Positions 1-14,200 of a stretch of DNA of 64,000 nt are shown here, one piece after another. The DNA comes from Phoronis australis (Eukaryota; Animalia; Phoronida). The number at the start of each line of letters is the position of its first letter. Position 1 is the stretch's first letter. The notes below the pieces were generated by a model. The model was not told the DNA's origin and made no database searches. It saw only the letters and a list, made by a program, of their open reading frames with translations. Where the stretch lies: assembly GCA_002633005.1 (NCBI GenBank), contig NMRA01000059.1:106934-170933 (forward strand), read 5' to 3'. Position numbers and translations under genes: made by a program.

Positions 1-3000
1 TCATTCTAAATTATTTGAAAAGAAGTCTATGTTTTTAACTGCACTTAAGTTTCAAATGACCAATAAACAAATTGTTTAAAAAGTATCCAAACATTGTACA
101 ACATATTGTGAACCTGTTGGTGTGGCAGCAGTTGATAAAATGAGGTTGAATTAGTTGAGTGAAATGACAACAGTGAGAAAACTGAATTTGCTCCTATAAC
201 TCAAACATTCCAGTTGTGCTGATCAATTACGGTATCAGTAGTGTCCATTTTGTTAGTGTAGGTTGTGCTACTAAGGTGCTGAGTTTACTACGAACCACTT
301 TCTGTCATTGTACATAGTCTTGCATGATCTCCATTTCTTGCAAGTTCTCTTAAAGCTCCCTGAAGTTGTCTATAGATAGTGTATCATAAAGGTCATGTTC
401 AGTGACCACAGAATCTCAATTTTTAGTTTTATGTACACTCTTTTGTCACATCTGTAGGACCTCATCGAGAAGTTTCCGTTTCATGCAACTTTTCAGCTTT
501 ATCATAAAAATCATAAAAATGCAATTGTTCATAGCCCCTAACAACAGGGTGGATGAATTTCTGATTATATTTTAACTTTTTTGAAATCAGTTCATAACCA
601 TAGTAACAGCAAGTTTCATATGCGTCACACATTTATGAGATACGTCACGATATTCCGAAAGTTGTCGAATTTGGACATTTTTCTGGAGTCTTACATGCCA
701 TAAACTTAGTGATCAAATGCTCTCATTTGTTTGAAATCATGTATGCGAGTACAATCAACAATTCCATTATTTTTCTGAAATTAAGATTTTTTACTGCACG
801 TGCAACTTGGTTCTTTCATAGAATGTTATGTCTGTGACAGTCATCATGTGTACCAGGTCCAGTGACATGTTGTATGCCTTATCTGTTTGGCCCATTTTCA
901 AATGTCATATTTACCTATGATAGTAAGAGTGGTGTAAACAGACATGTGTTAGCCACCAGGTGTCACTGTCACTCTGTTCACTTAGTCTTATGTTTCAATT
1001 TATACTGCATCTTTAGACCTCATAGACCTCACCTGACAATCATACTCTTTCATTAGCATTCTTACCTGTATTTCCCTGGTATGATCACCTGTATCACCTG
1101 GCTATTGATGATAATGATGAAGTTATGAAAATTAATTAACAATTATAATGATAATGATAAAATGGTGACACAATCCTCTTGCATAGATGTCATAATTTAG
1201 TATTGCACATGACCTGAGCAATAAACCAATGCAAATGATTCAAAATTGGAACTGGAAGTGAATCTATGTGAAGTGTTGTAGTCCTGGGGAGTACTTGCAT
1301 AGAAGACATGACGTGCCATCTGAAGGGTCACTTTTCACTAACAGTTTCTCTACAACAGGTTCCAATTTGATTCTTTACAATATGTAATTGTTCATTTCTG
1401 AAGTCTCAGCCTCTACAAAAGGTTCCTTTTCCAATTTGAATATGCAAAAGGGATTTAAGAGTCTAGTTTTAAAGGATTTACTCATTTTTCACAGCATGAT
1501 ATATATTGTACCAATACAGACTTGCGTCTTACAACATGATACATGTTGCACCATTACAGACTTGCGTCTTACAGCATGGTATCTCTTTTGTACTGTTGCA
1601 AACTTAAAACATTTTTAAGTCCACTCTCTACGTGAATGGGCACATTTGCCTCCCAGTAAAATATAAATTTACTTGTCCTAATCCCCACCTAGTTGTAATT
1701 ACCTAAAAGATATTTGCCTAGATCAGTTACTGACATGTGACTCTACTGCCTGATACTCAACTGCACATAACAATATTGTACAACTTTGTCTGGACACAGT
1801 TATACAGTTTTGGTGTAATTCTACTTTCTGTAAATTTTGCCCGAAATCAAGTAAATGCTGTCGATGTTATGCTTTGTAATACAATGTGCTTTGAATGCAT
1901 AAACCTTATAGTTCTCCTATTTGAAATACTGCCCTGTTGCTGCTTTATACAGGTAACTGGAATGTTTGATGTAAAGACCTGCCTTAAAAGCCATAATCTT
2001 TGTGTTGAAGTTCCTTTTCAATGTGCTGTCTACACTCTTCACAAATCTTCTCCTCTGAGTGAAGACAGGAGTACTGGCAATTACCCCTCCAAATTGTTCA
2101 ATATTAACTTAGATGCCAATTTTTGGATTTTTGACATTGTTTTCACACCTTAGCTTTTCTGTCAGTCTGCCAAACCAAAAATCCTATATTGTAACTAACG
2201 AATCAAATTTTCAAGTGGGCATTTAAACAACATGTTATAAGATTTTACTATTTCGACAAATTTTTATGGTAAACTTTGCTGCTAACTGTCTGGCTGACAG
2301 TCTATGCGGTGTCCCCGCACTGTGTGTTGGTTGGGGTGGGTGTAGGCATGGTTCTAATCTTGTCTCAACGCTTCAGTGCCTCTCTCAAGTCAGCTGGTAT
2401 AGGTAGGGTTAATGACCAGAGTATTGTGCTGTGATAAAGTGACAGTGTAACCAAACCGGAATAAACATTTTCTGGAAAAATGATGTGTGGATTATCTCAA
2501 CAATAACTTTCTAATTTTTTCAGATGATTTAATAATTTTTGTTTTTCTTAGGAAATTATTTTCAGTTCATTACATGGCTTGTAAAAAATATCTTGATAAA
2601 ATTTCAGACATTGCAAATTGCTGGTCACTTTTTGTGTAAATTAACAACACTTGTAGAGTCCTGTAACATAGAATATCCACGTAGCCAGCATGGTCTTGCT
2701 TATTTCTTTAACCTTCCTATGAAACTCCTTTGTTTGCTTTACCTGTGAAACTGAAAATAATTTTTGTGACCCATACAGTGGGTGGGCGTATGGAGGTAAT
2801 ACCTGAGGTAGTGATACGGATGGTGCTGAAATTGGTGTGAACAGGAGGGTTAGGGGCTGTGACCCATACAGTTAGTAGGGGGTAATAAAGTAACCGAATA
2901 GTTGACTATTTAACAATGACAAGTGACACCCACCTAATACTGAGTCAGCTGTGGGCAATGAACGAGAAATTGAAAAGTACTTTTTTGTTCTGTTTTGTGA

Positions 3001-4197
3001 ATATCCTGCTGGATCCGTAGTACTATTTACTGTGATATCATGAGATACCAGTACTGGATAGCTGCTCCTTGATATCTCATGATATCTTTACATGGAAGAA
3101 TGCTAACATGAGAAATCAGGCAATGGTGGTGTTTAGTTTGGAGCATTATAAAAAAAGTTTAACATTATGTTTAAGTTTATTACACACTTTAACGCTATGT
3201 TTAGTTTATTACACAGTTTACACAGCACTATGTGTTCTTTATTACGTAGTTTAACATTATATTTTGTTTTAATGCAGATACATTAGTATTTCTTACTATG
3301 GTATTTATTTGGCCCAGTTAACGTTATTTCTAGTGGCCGTTTCAGTCCACCATATTTTCGTTGTGGCCTGATATCACTGAGGGATCGTTTTTTGTGTTGT
3401 ATTAAACAACCACTTATTCTTCGTCTCTCAGATTTTTTGTCTCTTGTTCTTACTTATTTTGGTAAGTCTGATATGGACTGGTTTTCGCGCCCTCTGATTG
3501 GTCAGGTGGTGTATAGTGACATCTTATGCCCGGCGGCCTGAACAAAAAGTGATATTCCATTGGATTTTGGATATTTCCCAAAAATTTGATCACATGACTT
3601 TGTCTTTAAATAAAATTTAGCAAAAAAGGAAGGTCCATCGATTGCAAAACAGCGATTTCAAGAACATGATCAAATGTTCATGTAATATGTCTACAATGAA
3701 ATCTAGGAATACTGGTAATGGATTTTAATTTGTCATTATGTTTTCATTTTGTACAATTTTTGAGTTTTTAATGAAAATCACCTATGTCCATTTTTGTTTC
3801 CCCAATTCAAAAGTGGATCAATTCAAGTGGAGCAATTCCTAAAGCGTTTTGGATAAAACAAGTGTAACATGCGGTGTGACGTTTGCGTGACTTTCTTGTT
3901 ACCCCCTTCGTTTTTCATTCTTTGCAGTTTTTCACACCTTCCGTGTCCTAACTGTGTATGTCTCCAGCTTATGCTCTGTGGTGGCATTACTACATCATCT
4001 TACTTCCACTTGAGAATGAAACAAGTATGTTTCGAAATATCGTGTACCTTTTATTCTTGTCTTTTGGTCAGTTACTTCTCCAAGGTTCCCTGAGTGTAGA
4101 GTTTTATTCCAAGCATACGAATGGAACAGAATAAAGACCGTTAATAAGGAAAAGCGTCGTGTGTTCAATCAATTTTACATATGGGAAAAGTTGCTCA

Positions 4198-4412
4198 TGA
4201 AGTACAGCCAAAGTGTAGTACATCAAAGTGAAGTACAGGCAAAGTGTAGTACATCAAAGTGTAGTACATCAAAGTGAAGTACAGGCAAAGTGTAGTACAT
4301 CAAAGTGAAGTACAGGCAAAGTGTAGTACATCAAAGTGAAGTACAGGCAAAGTGTAGTACATCAAAGTGAAGTACATCAAAGTGTAGTACATCAAAGTGT
4401 AGTACATCAAAG
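4198..4412. repeat. Minisatellite, mixed ~15-bp units
   Basis: CAAAGTGTAGTACAT and CAAAGTGAAGTACAGG units alternate, about 14 units. Confidence 0.9.
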
Positions 4413-5274
4413 TTTCGTGTGAATCCAATTAGTCACTTATGAGATATGTTTCGAAGTTGGCCAAATTTGAACATTTTTCTAGATTCCTGCACTGTGACAA
4501 AGTTAACAGCTCAAATTAGCAGCAAACAGGTAGTGATGCAAAATGTGACGTGATACAGTTAGTAACACAAGTCAGTGGTTAACAGTCCAGATTTTGTGAA
4601 TGAAGTCAGCTGATAAACTACAAGTGTATAGATGACTTGTTAACTGTTCTAGTTGTAGCTAACTTATCAAATGTCAAGTGTTTACCCTTCCTCAGCTGCA
4701 TATTTCTAATGCTTCTAACTCTGCCTTCAACACTAGTCAGTGGTCATACATGGGTTGTATGTCCAGGGGTACAGATTTATGAACTTGTGTCATCTGCCTC
4801 TCTCATCTGGGAACCTTTGTGGATTGTCACAGAATTTGGTTATACTTTTGGGAGTCATGTTTGTATGATGGTTTTGTCAGGTTTCTTAGTGCACTCAATG
4901 ATTTCTAAGTTTCTCAATTTGCAAGTTATTATATAAAACACTCAGATAGGTTTGGTATCCAGAGCATTTGGCTGGAGTGGGGGTGCTAAGATCATACCTG
5001 TGTGAGTGTCTAGGCAGTGGGTTGGGGTTAGATGATCCATCTGAATCCAGTGGGCTTGACTGACCAGCGGGCTTGACTTACCAGTGGGCTTGGCTGACCA
5101 ACAGTGGGCTTGACTGACCATTAGGAGTGGCTGACCAGTGGGCTTGATGCCAGTAATCCTGACTCCGTATACTGTAGTTTGGTAATTTAGACTCTTAGCC
5201 AAGTCTAAATTTAACCGCGGTTTTTTGCACCTCATGTGCTTCTTTGTTTAGTAATTACTGAGTTATTTTAAGGC

Positions 5275-5688
5275 CTGTGCCGGGTTGCATGAAACAGTCC
5301 TAAATAGAGACTCAACTAAATTCCATAAATCTTTTGCCTATTTGTGTCTTTCCTTACTGACAGATGTAAACTTTTTGTCACTTCAGCTTTATTATGAGTT
5401 CCTGTTTAACGACTTGATATTTTCTAACAATATAATTAAAAATTGAACCCTGAATTCAATGAGAATAAATAGGAACTTAGTCCCTAAATTAGGAGCATTG
5501 CATGAAAAGATCCTTTTTTATTTTCGATAATATTGAGAATTCAATGTCCAGCTCACTCGCTATTTGTATCAAAGCCAAAAGTTGACTTAGTAGTGAAACT
5601 AAAACAGCATAAGGAAGGACAATTAGCATTTTCACAAATCCTCTTGGTTGAGTCCCTATTTGGGACTGTTTTATGCAACCGAGCACTG
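5275..5688. mobile_element. MITE with ~40-bp TIRs
   Basis: CTGTGCCGGGTTGCATGAAACAGTCCTAAATAGAGACTCAAC versus inverted end GTTGAGTCCCTATTTGGGACTGTTTTATGCAACCGAGCACTG; flanks AAGGC/AAGGT. Confidence 0.75.
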
Positions 5689-7092
5689 AAGGTCATTTTT
5701 GTGTTACGTATAGTTGCGTCTACTTCCAATTTCAGAATTTCACATCCGTTTCTATAAATAATAAAAATAGTATTCTATGCAATATTCAAAACTACAAAAT
5801 CGAGAACATGATCAAAAATTTACAAAGTAATTTTTTTATAAGTGTTCTGAATCCTGTCTCTTTTATTTTTGCTTACCCCATATTTTTTTTTAGTATTTGG
5901 GGTAGAAGAGTATTTCCAGATAATATTTAGAAAAGCCATTGACGTATTTCAATGAAACCAATGCCACCTACCAATTTTGAGCAGATTACAAGTGCTATGT
6001 CAGTTATGTCATTCTGTGGCCATCTTTGTATCTGCCATGAAATGAGGTGGTTGACTAAACCTAATTTTTGAATGCCAAGTGCCTGATTTATATTTGTTTT
6101 GAAATGTTGAAAACCTGTTTTATTTTTTAAGCTTTGATTTTATGTTACTTTTAGAAAGTGGGTGTCAACACTTTCGCAGCATTCTCTTGTGGTCAAATTG
6201 TTGTCTCCTCATACTTTACAGGAAACTGATTCCAAATTGATATCCTTCGTAGAAACTTACATTTGTGGTGCATTGTGGGTACACATCGACACCTCACAGT
6301 GCTCATAATTATTTTGCCAAAGGAAACCTTCACTCAGTGATATTTTTTAGTTGGAAAATTTGGTTACATATAAAGTTCTTTTGTTTTTTTTTTGTTTTAA
6401 GTTTTATTAAGTCCCAGTTGAGAGGATTTGACTGTCTATTAAATGTAATTTTTGTTCAAATTGATCATGTCCAGAAGATGTGTTTATATGTGCTTATCAA
6501 CAGTAAAGGATGTGCTGGTGTCGTTGGTGCCATGTTGGTATGTGGTGATTGGCTGTCCTTGCATAAAGCTCCAGCCACATGCACAAGTCTCAACAGATAA
6601 GTCCTAAATAAACATATCACTCTTGAGCTGTAAATTATGGCCATCAAGTATAAATAGGTATGCCCTTCTGACAGTTTAGTTATTCTCTTTAAGTTGGTCA
6701 AAGTTTTAGGCATGCCAATCCTTAAGGTACTTTAGAAACACACAATAGTTTCCATAACACATTTCTGATATATTGTGTATTGTAGTGTAAATATACAGTC
6801 ATGAAATTATTATCTCTTTGTGACTAATTTGATGTGGTTTACTTATCAAATCAGAAGACATCTTTTACTTTTTGTTAGTGTTGGAATTGTGGTTCAGTTT
6901 ACAAAATACATTGTTTTTAATGTGTATTGGTCATCAAAATACCCGTGTATTAATCAGTTCTTCAGTTCTGACATTGTATTTCATAGCCACATCTGCATGT
7001 CCTAATTTGAGAAAAATGTATGAGCAACATTCTTTTTCGTGTACCATTTTTCTTGCAGGTTTCCAACTTTATCATACTCCACCCCCACATCC

Positions 7093-7343
7093 TCTCAGGC
7101 CACCACACACATATCAGGCATCACCGGCCCAGGCTGAATGTCCTGTTGTGGCTACCTCAGGCCACACATATATCAGGCATCAATGGCCCAGGATGAATGT
7201 CCTGTTACATGGCTATCTCAGGCCACCACACACAGATATCAGACATCAAAGGCCCTGGCTAAATGTCCTGTTATGGCTACCTCAGGCCACCACACACATG
7301 TATCAGGCATCACCGGCCCAGGCTGAATGTCCTGTTATGGCTA
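7093..7343. repeat. Minisatellite, ~60-bp unit x4
   Basis: CTCAGGCCACCACACACATATCAGGCATCACCGGCCCAGGCTGAATGTCCTGTT repeated. Confidence 0.9.
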
Positions 7344-7376
7344 AGTGGCTGATTTATAACCATAGAAATGATCAAA

Positions 7377-7686
7377 CCTGGTCCATAATATGCTGAGTTT
7401 GTACTCACTAGTCTATAGCACACCCTGGTTTGGTCCATAATATGCTGAGTTTGTACTCACTAGTCTGTAGCACACCCTGGTTTGGTCCATAATATGCTGA
7501 GTTTGTACTCACTAGTCTGTAGCACACCCTGGTTTGGTCCATAATATGCTGAGTTTGTACTCACTAATCTGTAGCACACCCTGGTTTGGTCTATAATATG
7601 CTGAGTTTGTACTCACTAGTCTGTAGCACACCCTGGTTTGGTCCATAATATGCTGAGTTTGTACTCAGCAGTCTGTAGCACACCCT
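7377..7686. repeat. Minisatellite, 52-bp unit x6
   Basis: GGTCCATAATATGCTGAGTTTGTACTCACTAGTCTGTAGCACACCCTGGTTT. Confidence 0.95.
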
Positions 7687-7720
7687 TGACAAAGAGCGCA
7701 CCGCTCGAAACGTGGGGGAT
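7682..7720 (+). ncRNA. Degenerate Penelope-type minimal hammerhead-like motif
   Basis: CCC-TTGACAA-A-GAGC(gcacc)GCTC-GAAA-CGT-GGG followed by a T-rich tail. Confidence 0.4.
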
Positions 7721-7967
7721 ATTTTAATATATTTTAGTGGTTTTAGTTTAACTGTTTTATATTTTTATCTGTTGGTAACTGTATGGCATTCCAGCATCAG
7801 TTTTATCGTTAAATGAGTATTACATAAGTCTGTCAGTCTTCTGAGAGCTGACCTTACTGTGAAGTGACCCCACTAGGAACTGACCTCATTGTGTGACTGC
7901 CTGTTGTGATTGTACATCCACCTTCTCTTGTGCAGCTTCAGAAGTATTGTCCTTTCGTATGTTTTAG

Positions 7968-8208
7968 GTTCTTCAAAGCCGAAGACATCTGAGGGATGTA
8001 AACTTGCATGTGACTGTAAAGTGTCAAAGTGGTCTCAGTGGTCATCATGCTCTTTATCGTGTTATGAAGCCGGACAGGACGCGCCGCGAGGCATCATCCA
8101 GCGAACAAGAACTGTGTTGCGTCATCCTCGTCATGGTGGCTTGAACTGTCCATCGCTGGTGGACACGAAACAATGTGATAAAAGATTGTCGGTGCCAGAA
8201 TGCCCGAG
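7968..8208 (+). CDS. THSD7: THSD7-like exon (TSP1)
   Basis: ttttag|GTT..CCGAG|gtgaga; SSKPKTSEGCKLACDCKVSKWSQWSSCSLSC..RTRTVLRHPRHGGLNCP. Confidence 0.9.
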
Positions 8209-11200
8209 GTGAGACAAACACAACAGAGGCGGGCTTGATTTGTATGACATTTAAGGTATCCACTTTGTGATAGTTTCGGAATAATGTGATGAGTGTAGGG
8301 CTGCACCCGAAATAAATGAAAACCATGGTATAGCACTGTTGGTTCAGTTCAGCACTACAGATCTTTGTTTTCGGTTCGGTTTTGATAAGGGGCACCTTAC
8401 GGCCAACCAACATGTATGTACTGTGTTCCATGAATGGGGTGAGTAGGTTGTCAGTCAAAGCTTTTGATTNNNNNNNNNNNNNNNNNNNNNNNNNNNNNNN
8501 NNNNNNNNNNNNNNNNNNNNNNNNNNNNNNNNNNNNNNNNNNNNNNNNNNNNNNNNNNNNNNNNNNNNNNNNNNNNNNNNNNNNNNNNNNNNNNNNNNNN
8601 NNNNNNNNNNNNNNNNNNNNNNNNNNNNNNNNNNNNNNNNNNNNNNNNNNNNNNNNNNNNNNNNNNNNNNNNNNNNAGGCATAGTCTTCTTGTAGTGCAA
8701 GGCATATATTGTGCAGGCCTCAGATAGGCATGGCCGTGTTGTGCAAGGTAGGTATGGTGCAGGCCTCAGATGGGTATAGCCTTCTTGTGGTGCAAGGCGT
8801 ATATTGTGCAGGCCTCAGATAGGCATAGCCTTCTTGTTGTGAAAGGCATATAGTGTGCAGGCCTCAGATAGGCATGGCCGTGTTGTGCAAGGTAGGTATG
8901 GTGCAGGCCTCAGATGGGTATAGCCTTCTTGTGACGCAAGGTGTATATGGTGCGGGCCTCAGATAGGCATAGCCTTCTTGTGACGCAAGGTGTATATGGT
9001 GCGGGCCTCAGATAGGCATAGCCTTCTTGTGGCCTTCCTTAGGCTGTTGGTTTCTCTGTACATTATCACATTTTATTGCTGATGTTTTTCCCTTGTTGAT
9101 CGTTCCAAACATTTCAACAGTCACCTCCTCTCTTAAGTGTGTTTTTCAATATGTTAATGCAAGTGTTATGATTTTTGTTCATAATCAGTGTATATGTTTT
9201 GCATTTTGAATTTCTTCTCTAAAAGCAATTGTTGTTTAACGAGTCAGTCTTGAGTGTAGTTCAATGTCTAGATGTTGTCCTCCTGTTGATCTGTTTTGTC
9301 TGTTTCTGTTACTGCGTCAAAGTCATTATTTTCAGAGAATGAATTTCTCTGAACTTTATGACATATTGTTTACAAAAGTGTGAGTATATTCTAACTTGTT
9401 TTTTGGACTGTTTTTACAATTAACCAGTAACATGAGTTTTTCTATTACCCATGTTTTTATTTTTGCTCGGTTCAGAGTTTGGTCTTTGACACTCAGGTTG
9501 ATGACTCATGCTGTGTTGTTCCATTTACCAACTGTAGAAGGAATTTGAGTTATTTCCAACTTACTTTGGAAGAGAGACATTCTTGTTGTTTCTGTGACCA
9601 CTTTCAATTGGTGAAATTTAATACAAAACAGGAATAATACACAGAAATAATAGTAATAATACACGGAAATAATAACAATGATACGCGGAAATATTAACAA
9701 TGATACACGGAAATAACATGAGGTGAAACTGAACTAAATGTTTTATAGTAAACCTCATTTATTGTTACTCTAGGTAACTAGTTTAGTGAGAATGCAATAT
9801 TCAATTTTTTCCATCACGTGAAGTAGTTTCAAGCAACTTAGTTGTGAAAAACAACTGTATACAGTTGGGTCAAATGTGTGTGTTGATGATGTGCGAAACT
9901 TTGGCAATAGTGAAACATAACCCTTGACACCAACCAGGTTACTGACATCACCTTAGATGATAAATGCATAGTCCAGTTGAGCTAACACCAATTACCTCAT
10001 AATCTATTGTAAAATTATGCCACCTGCCTGGTTGTCTTGGTTACAATGGCACAGGTGCAGGCACCTGTCACCAACGGTTTGCCTCACTGGTTTGGAATTT
10101 CCTGTATTCTTGGACTCTCCCTACCAACCACAAGTTGTGGGTTCAACAGATATGACCAACACACCAGTCGCATGTCACATCTGGTTAGAATAGGCGCCTT
10201 TTGATGCAGGAGCAGCCCTCCAGATGGGGGGGTGTGGTCACATGACCACACCATGTGTGGAATGACATGTCACTTCAGCTTATTCATGTTTGGCATCAGT
10301 TCAGTTTTCACTGGGTATTCAGAATATAGACATCTTTAAAATGTTCAGTTATAGCCTGAGAGCCATTCTAGAGTTTTTTACACAAGTTAATGTTCCTAAT
10401 TTACACAATTACAAAAAAAAACAAAAGACTGTTTCGTTTGTTGGTTATGTTGGTGTATCTCATGTTTACCAAAGACATGTAATGAAAGAGTTGTGTTAGT
10501 GACTTGTGACAGTCCTTTGGTGGTTACATTAAACGTAAAACAGTCTGCATGTAGTCATATGACTCACAACTAACATTAACTTGCCTGGAGTTAATTTTCC
10601 ACGTAAGGCAAAAAGCAAAGTTTGTTCTGGGCTCTACCCTGATTCACTTTAGTGATCTGCACTTGCCGGACTACAAACACGCCCACCTACATGAATTTCT
10701 CCCAAGGTTTCATTATTTTTGAGAAGCTGCTCAAAGGTACGTAGATGAAGACAAGCAAGGTTTTAAAAATTGTGAAGTGCCAAGCAATAAATAATAAATA
10801 CAAATCAAATTCATTTTTGCTCGTTGTGCATTTTCTCTTTTTTTTGAAAAAGTGAATAAGTAAAAAACACCACATCACTGACTCGATTTTCAGAAAACAA
10901 GTGTCAAACTTAATTGTACATTTTGACTTAACGAGGACTCATTAGAGTACTGTTACCAAGAATTTTGTTTTTTCAAAACTGAGTGTGAAATGAAAAGTTG
11001 CACGCTGATTAGGAATGTGTAGTGAAGAACTAGGAATGAGAGTGTTAAGAGCAGTGTTCTTGTTTGATAATTAAATTGGACATATCTTTGTCTGATTCAT
11101 CTTAATGAAACAAGAATTTGTTACACATTAAACTTGTCTTTTAAAAACTAGTTTAAAAATTACTGGTAAAAGACTGGAAGTTTCTCTCTGTTTGTAAATG

Positions 11201-14200
11201 AAAACAAAAACATCAAGGTTATCTAATTTTGATTATGCTGGTAATTATGGCCAAATAATGCTGTGGTTACCATGTGTTAATGTCTAGTCTGATATCTTTG
11301 CAAGATGAGACACTGCTGGTGTGAAGGGTGACTCAGAAATGGGATTGAATTGTGGAAATGAGGAGATTAGCCAAGGTTGGGTCCAAACAAACCAGTTAGG
11401 CAGGATTAATTTGGCTTGGGATTTTTAGCCAGTCACTCAAATACAATTACTGTAGTCTGTACTTAAGGTCCTTGTGGTCTGCTGTAAGACAAAGTGTTGT
11501 GCCAGGTAAAGTGTACTTTGTAGTTCTCTGTGCCAAACAATACTTTGTAGTTCTCTGTGCCAAACAATACTTTGTTGATTCCCTTGTGTATTTGTGAACC
11601 ATGTTGAACTATGCTGGTGCAGTTTATTTGTTTCTTAAAATAATAATATCTGTTTTAAAAACATCATCACACTTATAACATTTTTCGATTCAATTAAATT
11701 TCCTAGGCAATTAAGAGATGAATGTCTTCTGTTGTAATATTCAATCCAACTTGAGCTCAATCTTAAGTTTTGTGAGTTTGTAAGATTTGCATTAAAAACA
11801 TCTCATCAACTGACACACTCCTCACATATGTTGGTCTTTGTTGACTTTCACCTTCAAGGTCAGTTGGGACATACAGATGGAAGCACTTGATTGGTTGCAC
11901 ATTTCTGCAGCAAAAATTGAATAAATAGGAACTTTGTGATTCAGTAATACAAACTTGAATGCCATCCATCTCTGAAGTACACTATGTAGGACATGATAGG
12001 CAAGTCTGTGCAGTCAAATATCCGCGAAGTCATTCAATTTAATTTAGTAAAATTACATGTTTTTATAAGCTGAATTTGAGTTTTGATTTTTTAACAATCT
12101 GTCATTGATCGGATCACATGACCATGTCTTTAGTGTGGTGTATTCATAGGATCACATGACCATGTCTTTAGTGTGGTGCATTCATTGGATCACATGACCA
12201 TGTCTTTAGTGTGGTGCATTCATTTGATCACATGACCATGTCTTTAGTGTGGTGCATTCATTTGATCACATGACCATGTCTTTAGTGTGATGCATTCATA
12301 TGATCACATGCGACATCAGTAGCTTGACCAACTTGTTTGATATAAATATTCAAGATGAAATGTCAAAAACGATGTCACTGTTTGCTTAGTTCTTACAATT
12401 CATGTTGGCTGAACCGTATTTGTGAAGCAGAGAATTGTGTTACCAGGCCCCTGAGTTGTCATTATAAGAGGAACCTGATCTTCACGAGTTTTAGACAGAC
12501 TGAGACGAACAACCAATTTGGGGTACATTTTTGTTACACCAAGTTTTTATGACTGAGAAATTTAAAACAAAGACATTGTTTAAACGTGATTCATCGATGT
12601 GCTTTGACCAACCAATCATGAACTGTAAAACTATTTGTTGCAGTTACGTCTGGCACAATTCCACTTGGTTACAGTGCACAGTCAATGATCCCAGTGCCAT
12701 CTGTGGGCCAGGCTATAAAACAAGACAAGTCACATGCATAAGATATGGAGATGAGAGTTTAACAGCAGTGGATGAGTCTTTATGCTCTGATGGTATAATT
12801 GATGTTCTAAATATAGTTTAGCAAGCATTTTCAAAATGTCACAGAAAGTCCTTAAACTTTGGTTGAAATTAAACAAGTGTATATTTTCCAAAACGGAGAC
12901 CAATAAGTTTGTCATAGAACTTCCAACTAAATTCATCAGGAAATTGTTTAAGCAGATTTAAAGTCGTTCTCAAATTTATTTTGACTAGGTCTGCTGAAGG
13001 CCATTTAAGTTCTCTGAATGATTATGAGCAGCAATGCCATGTCTGAACTAGACTTTGGAAATAAACTACTTGGTCTTAACAACACATTTTACCCTACTCA
13101 ACAGCTGAACTTTTTATTTCAGTTAAAGCAATTAGTAAAAGTGCATGTGTGGTCGAGTGTCCTGTTGACTGTCAGTTAGGGGAGTGGACGCAATGGCAAC
13201 TGTGTACAGAGAAGTGTGAGCAAATTAGGTAGGTAATGTGTCTTGTAATGTGTCATGCAATGGTCATGTAATGGTTATGTTATGTGTCTTGTAATGTGTC
13301 ATGCAATGGTCATGTAATGGTTATGTTATGTGTCTTGTAATGTGTCATGCAATGGTCATGTAATGGTTATGTTATGTGTCTTGTAATGTGTCATGCAATG
13401 GTCATGTAATGATTATGAAATGTGTCTTGTAATGTGTCATGCAATGGTCATGTAATGGTTATGTAATGTGTCATGTAATGGTCATGTCCTGATCTTGTAA
13501 TGTGTCATGTAATGTGTCTTACAATGGTCATGTAATGTGTAATGTAATGGTCATGCAATGGTCATGTAATGTGTCATTTAATGGTCGTAGTTATGGTCAT
13601 CTCCCTTGTCTTAAATTAAGGAACTACCACAGACTACCTTTGCTACTGTGAAGCCTGCTTATTGTCATACCCTCAGTTTCAACGTAAATTTGTGATGATA
13701 AATGCAATATTCCATTCAGTGGGTTTCTACTTAGCGACGATCGTGACCTCACTTAAGTGCTGATAATGCTAAGTGGAAAGTCTCAGAGTGAAATGGCTAA
13801 ACAGGACGTCTGATTTTTATGCTGGCATCGAGTACCGTTAAGGCAGATGAATTGATGAATTAGGCTGGTTTTTTGATAGAAAATCAATTGTATAATAACT
13901 GTCTGGTAATTGGTAACAGCTAGTAAGAATCAATTTTTCTGAACATTATTAAAACATCCAGGGATATGACAATGAATTATGACACTATAGGTTCTTTTAC
14001 ATGGCTCTAATGGTGTATGACATTAAGTGGANCACCACCACCAACACCGTCATCACCATCATCATCTTCATGCTTGGTACACTTTTACTTAACTGATTTC
14101 ACCCAAATCGACTTTCATTACAGGCAGAGACCTCTTCTGGCGGAGCCACGACATGGTGGTAAAACCTGTCCAACCATGACAGAATCAAGAGTGTGTAACT

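Noticed and set aside
1-7900. Further upstream THSD7-like exons or other genes
   Set aside because: No TSP1-like Trp/Cys pattern with splice sites was found and the short ORFs look like random AT-rich sequence. Treated as intron, though a very small exon could be missed.
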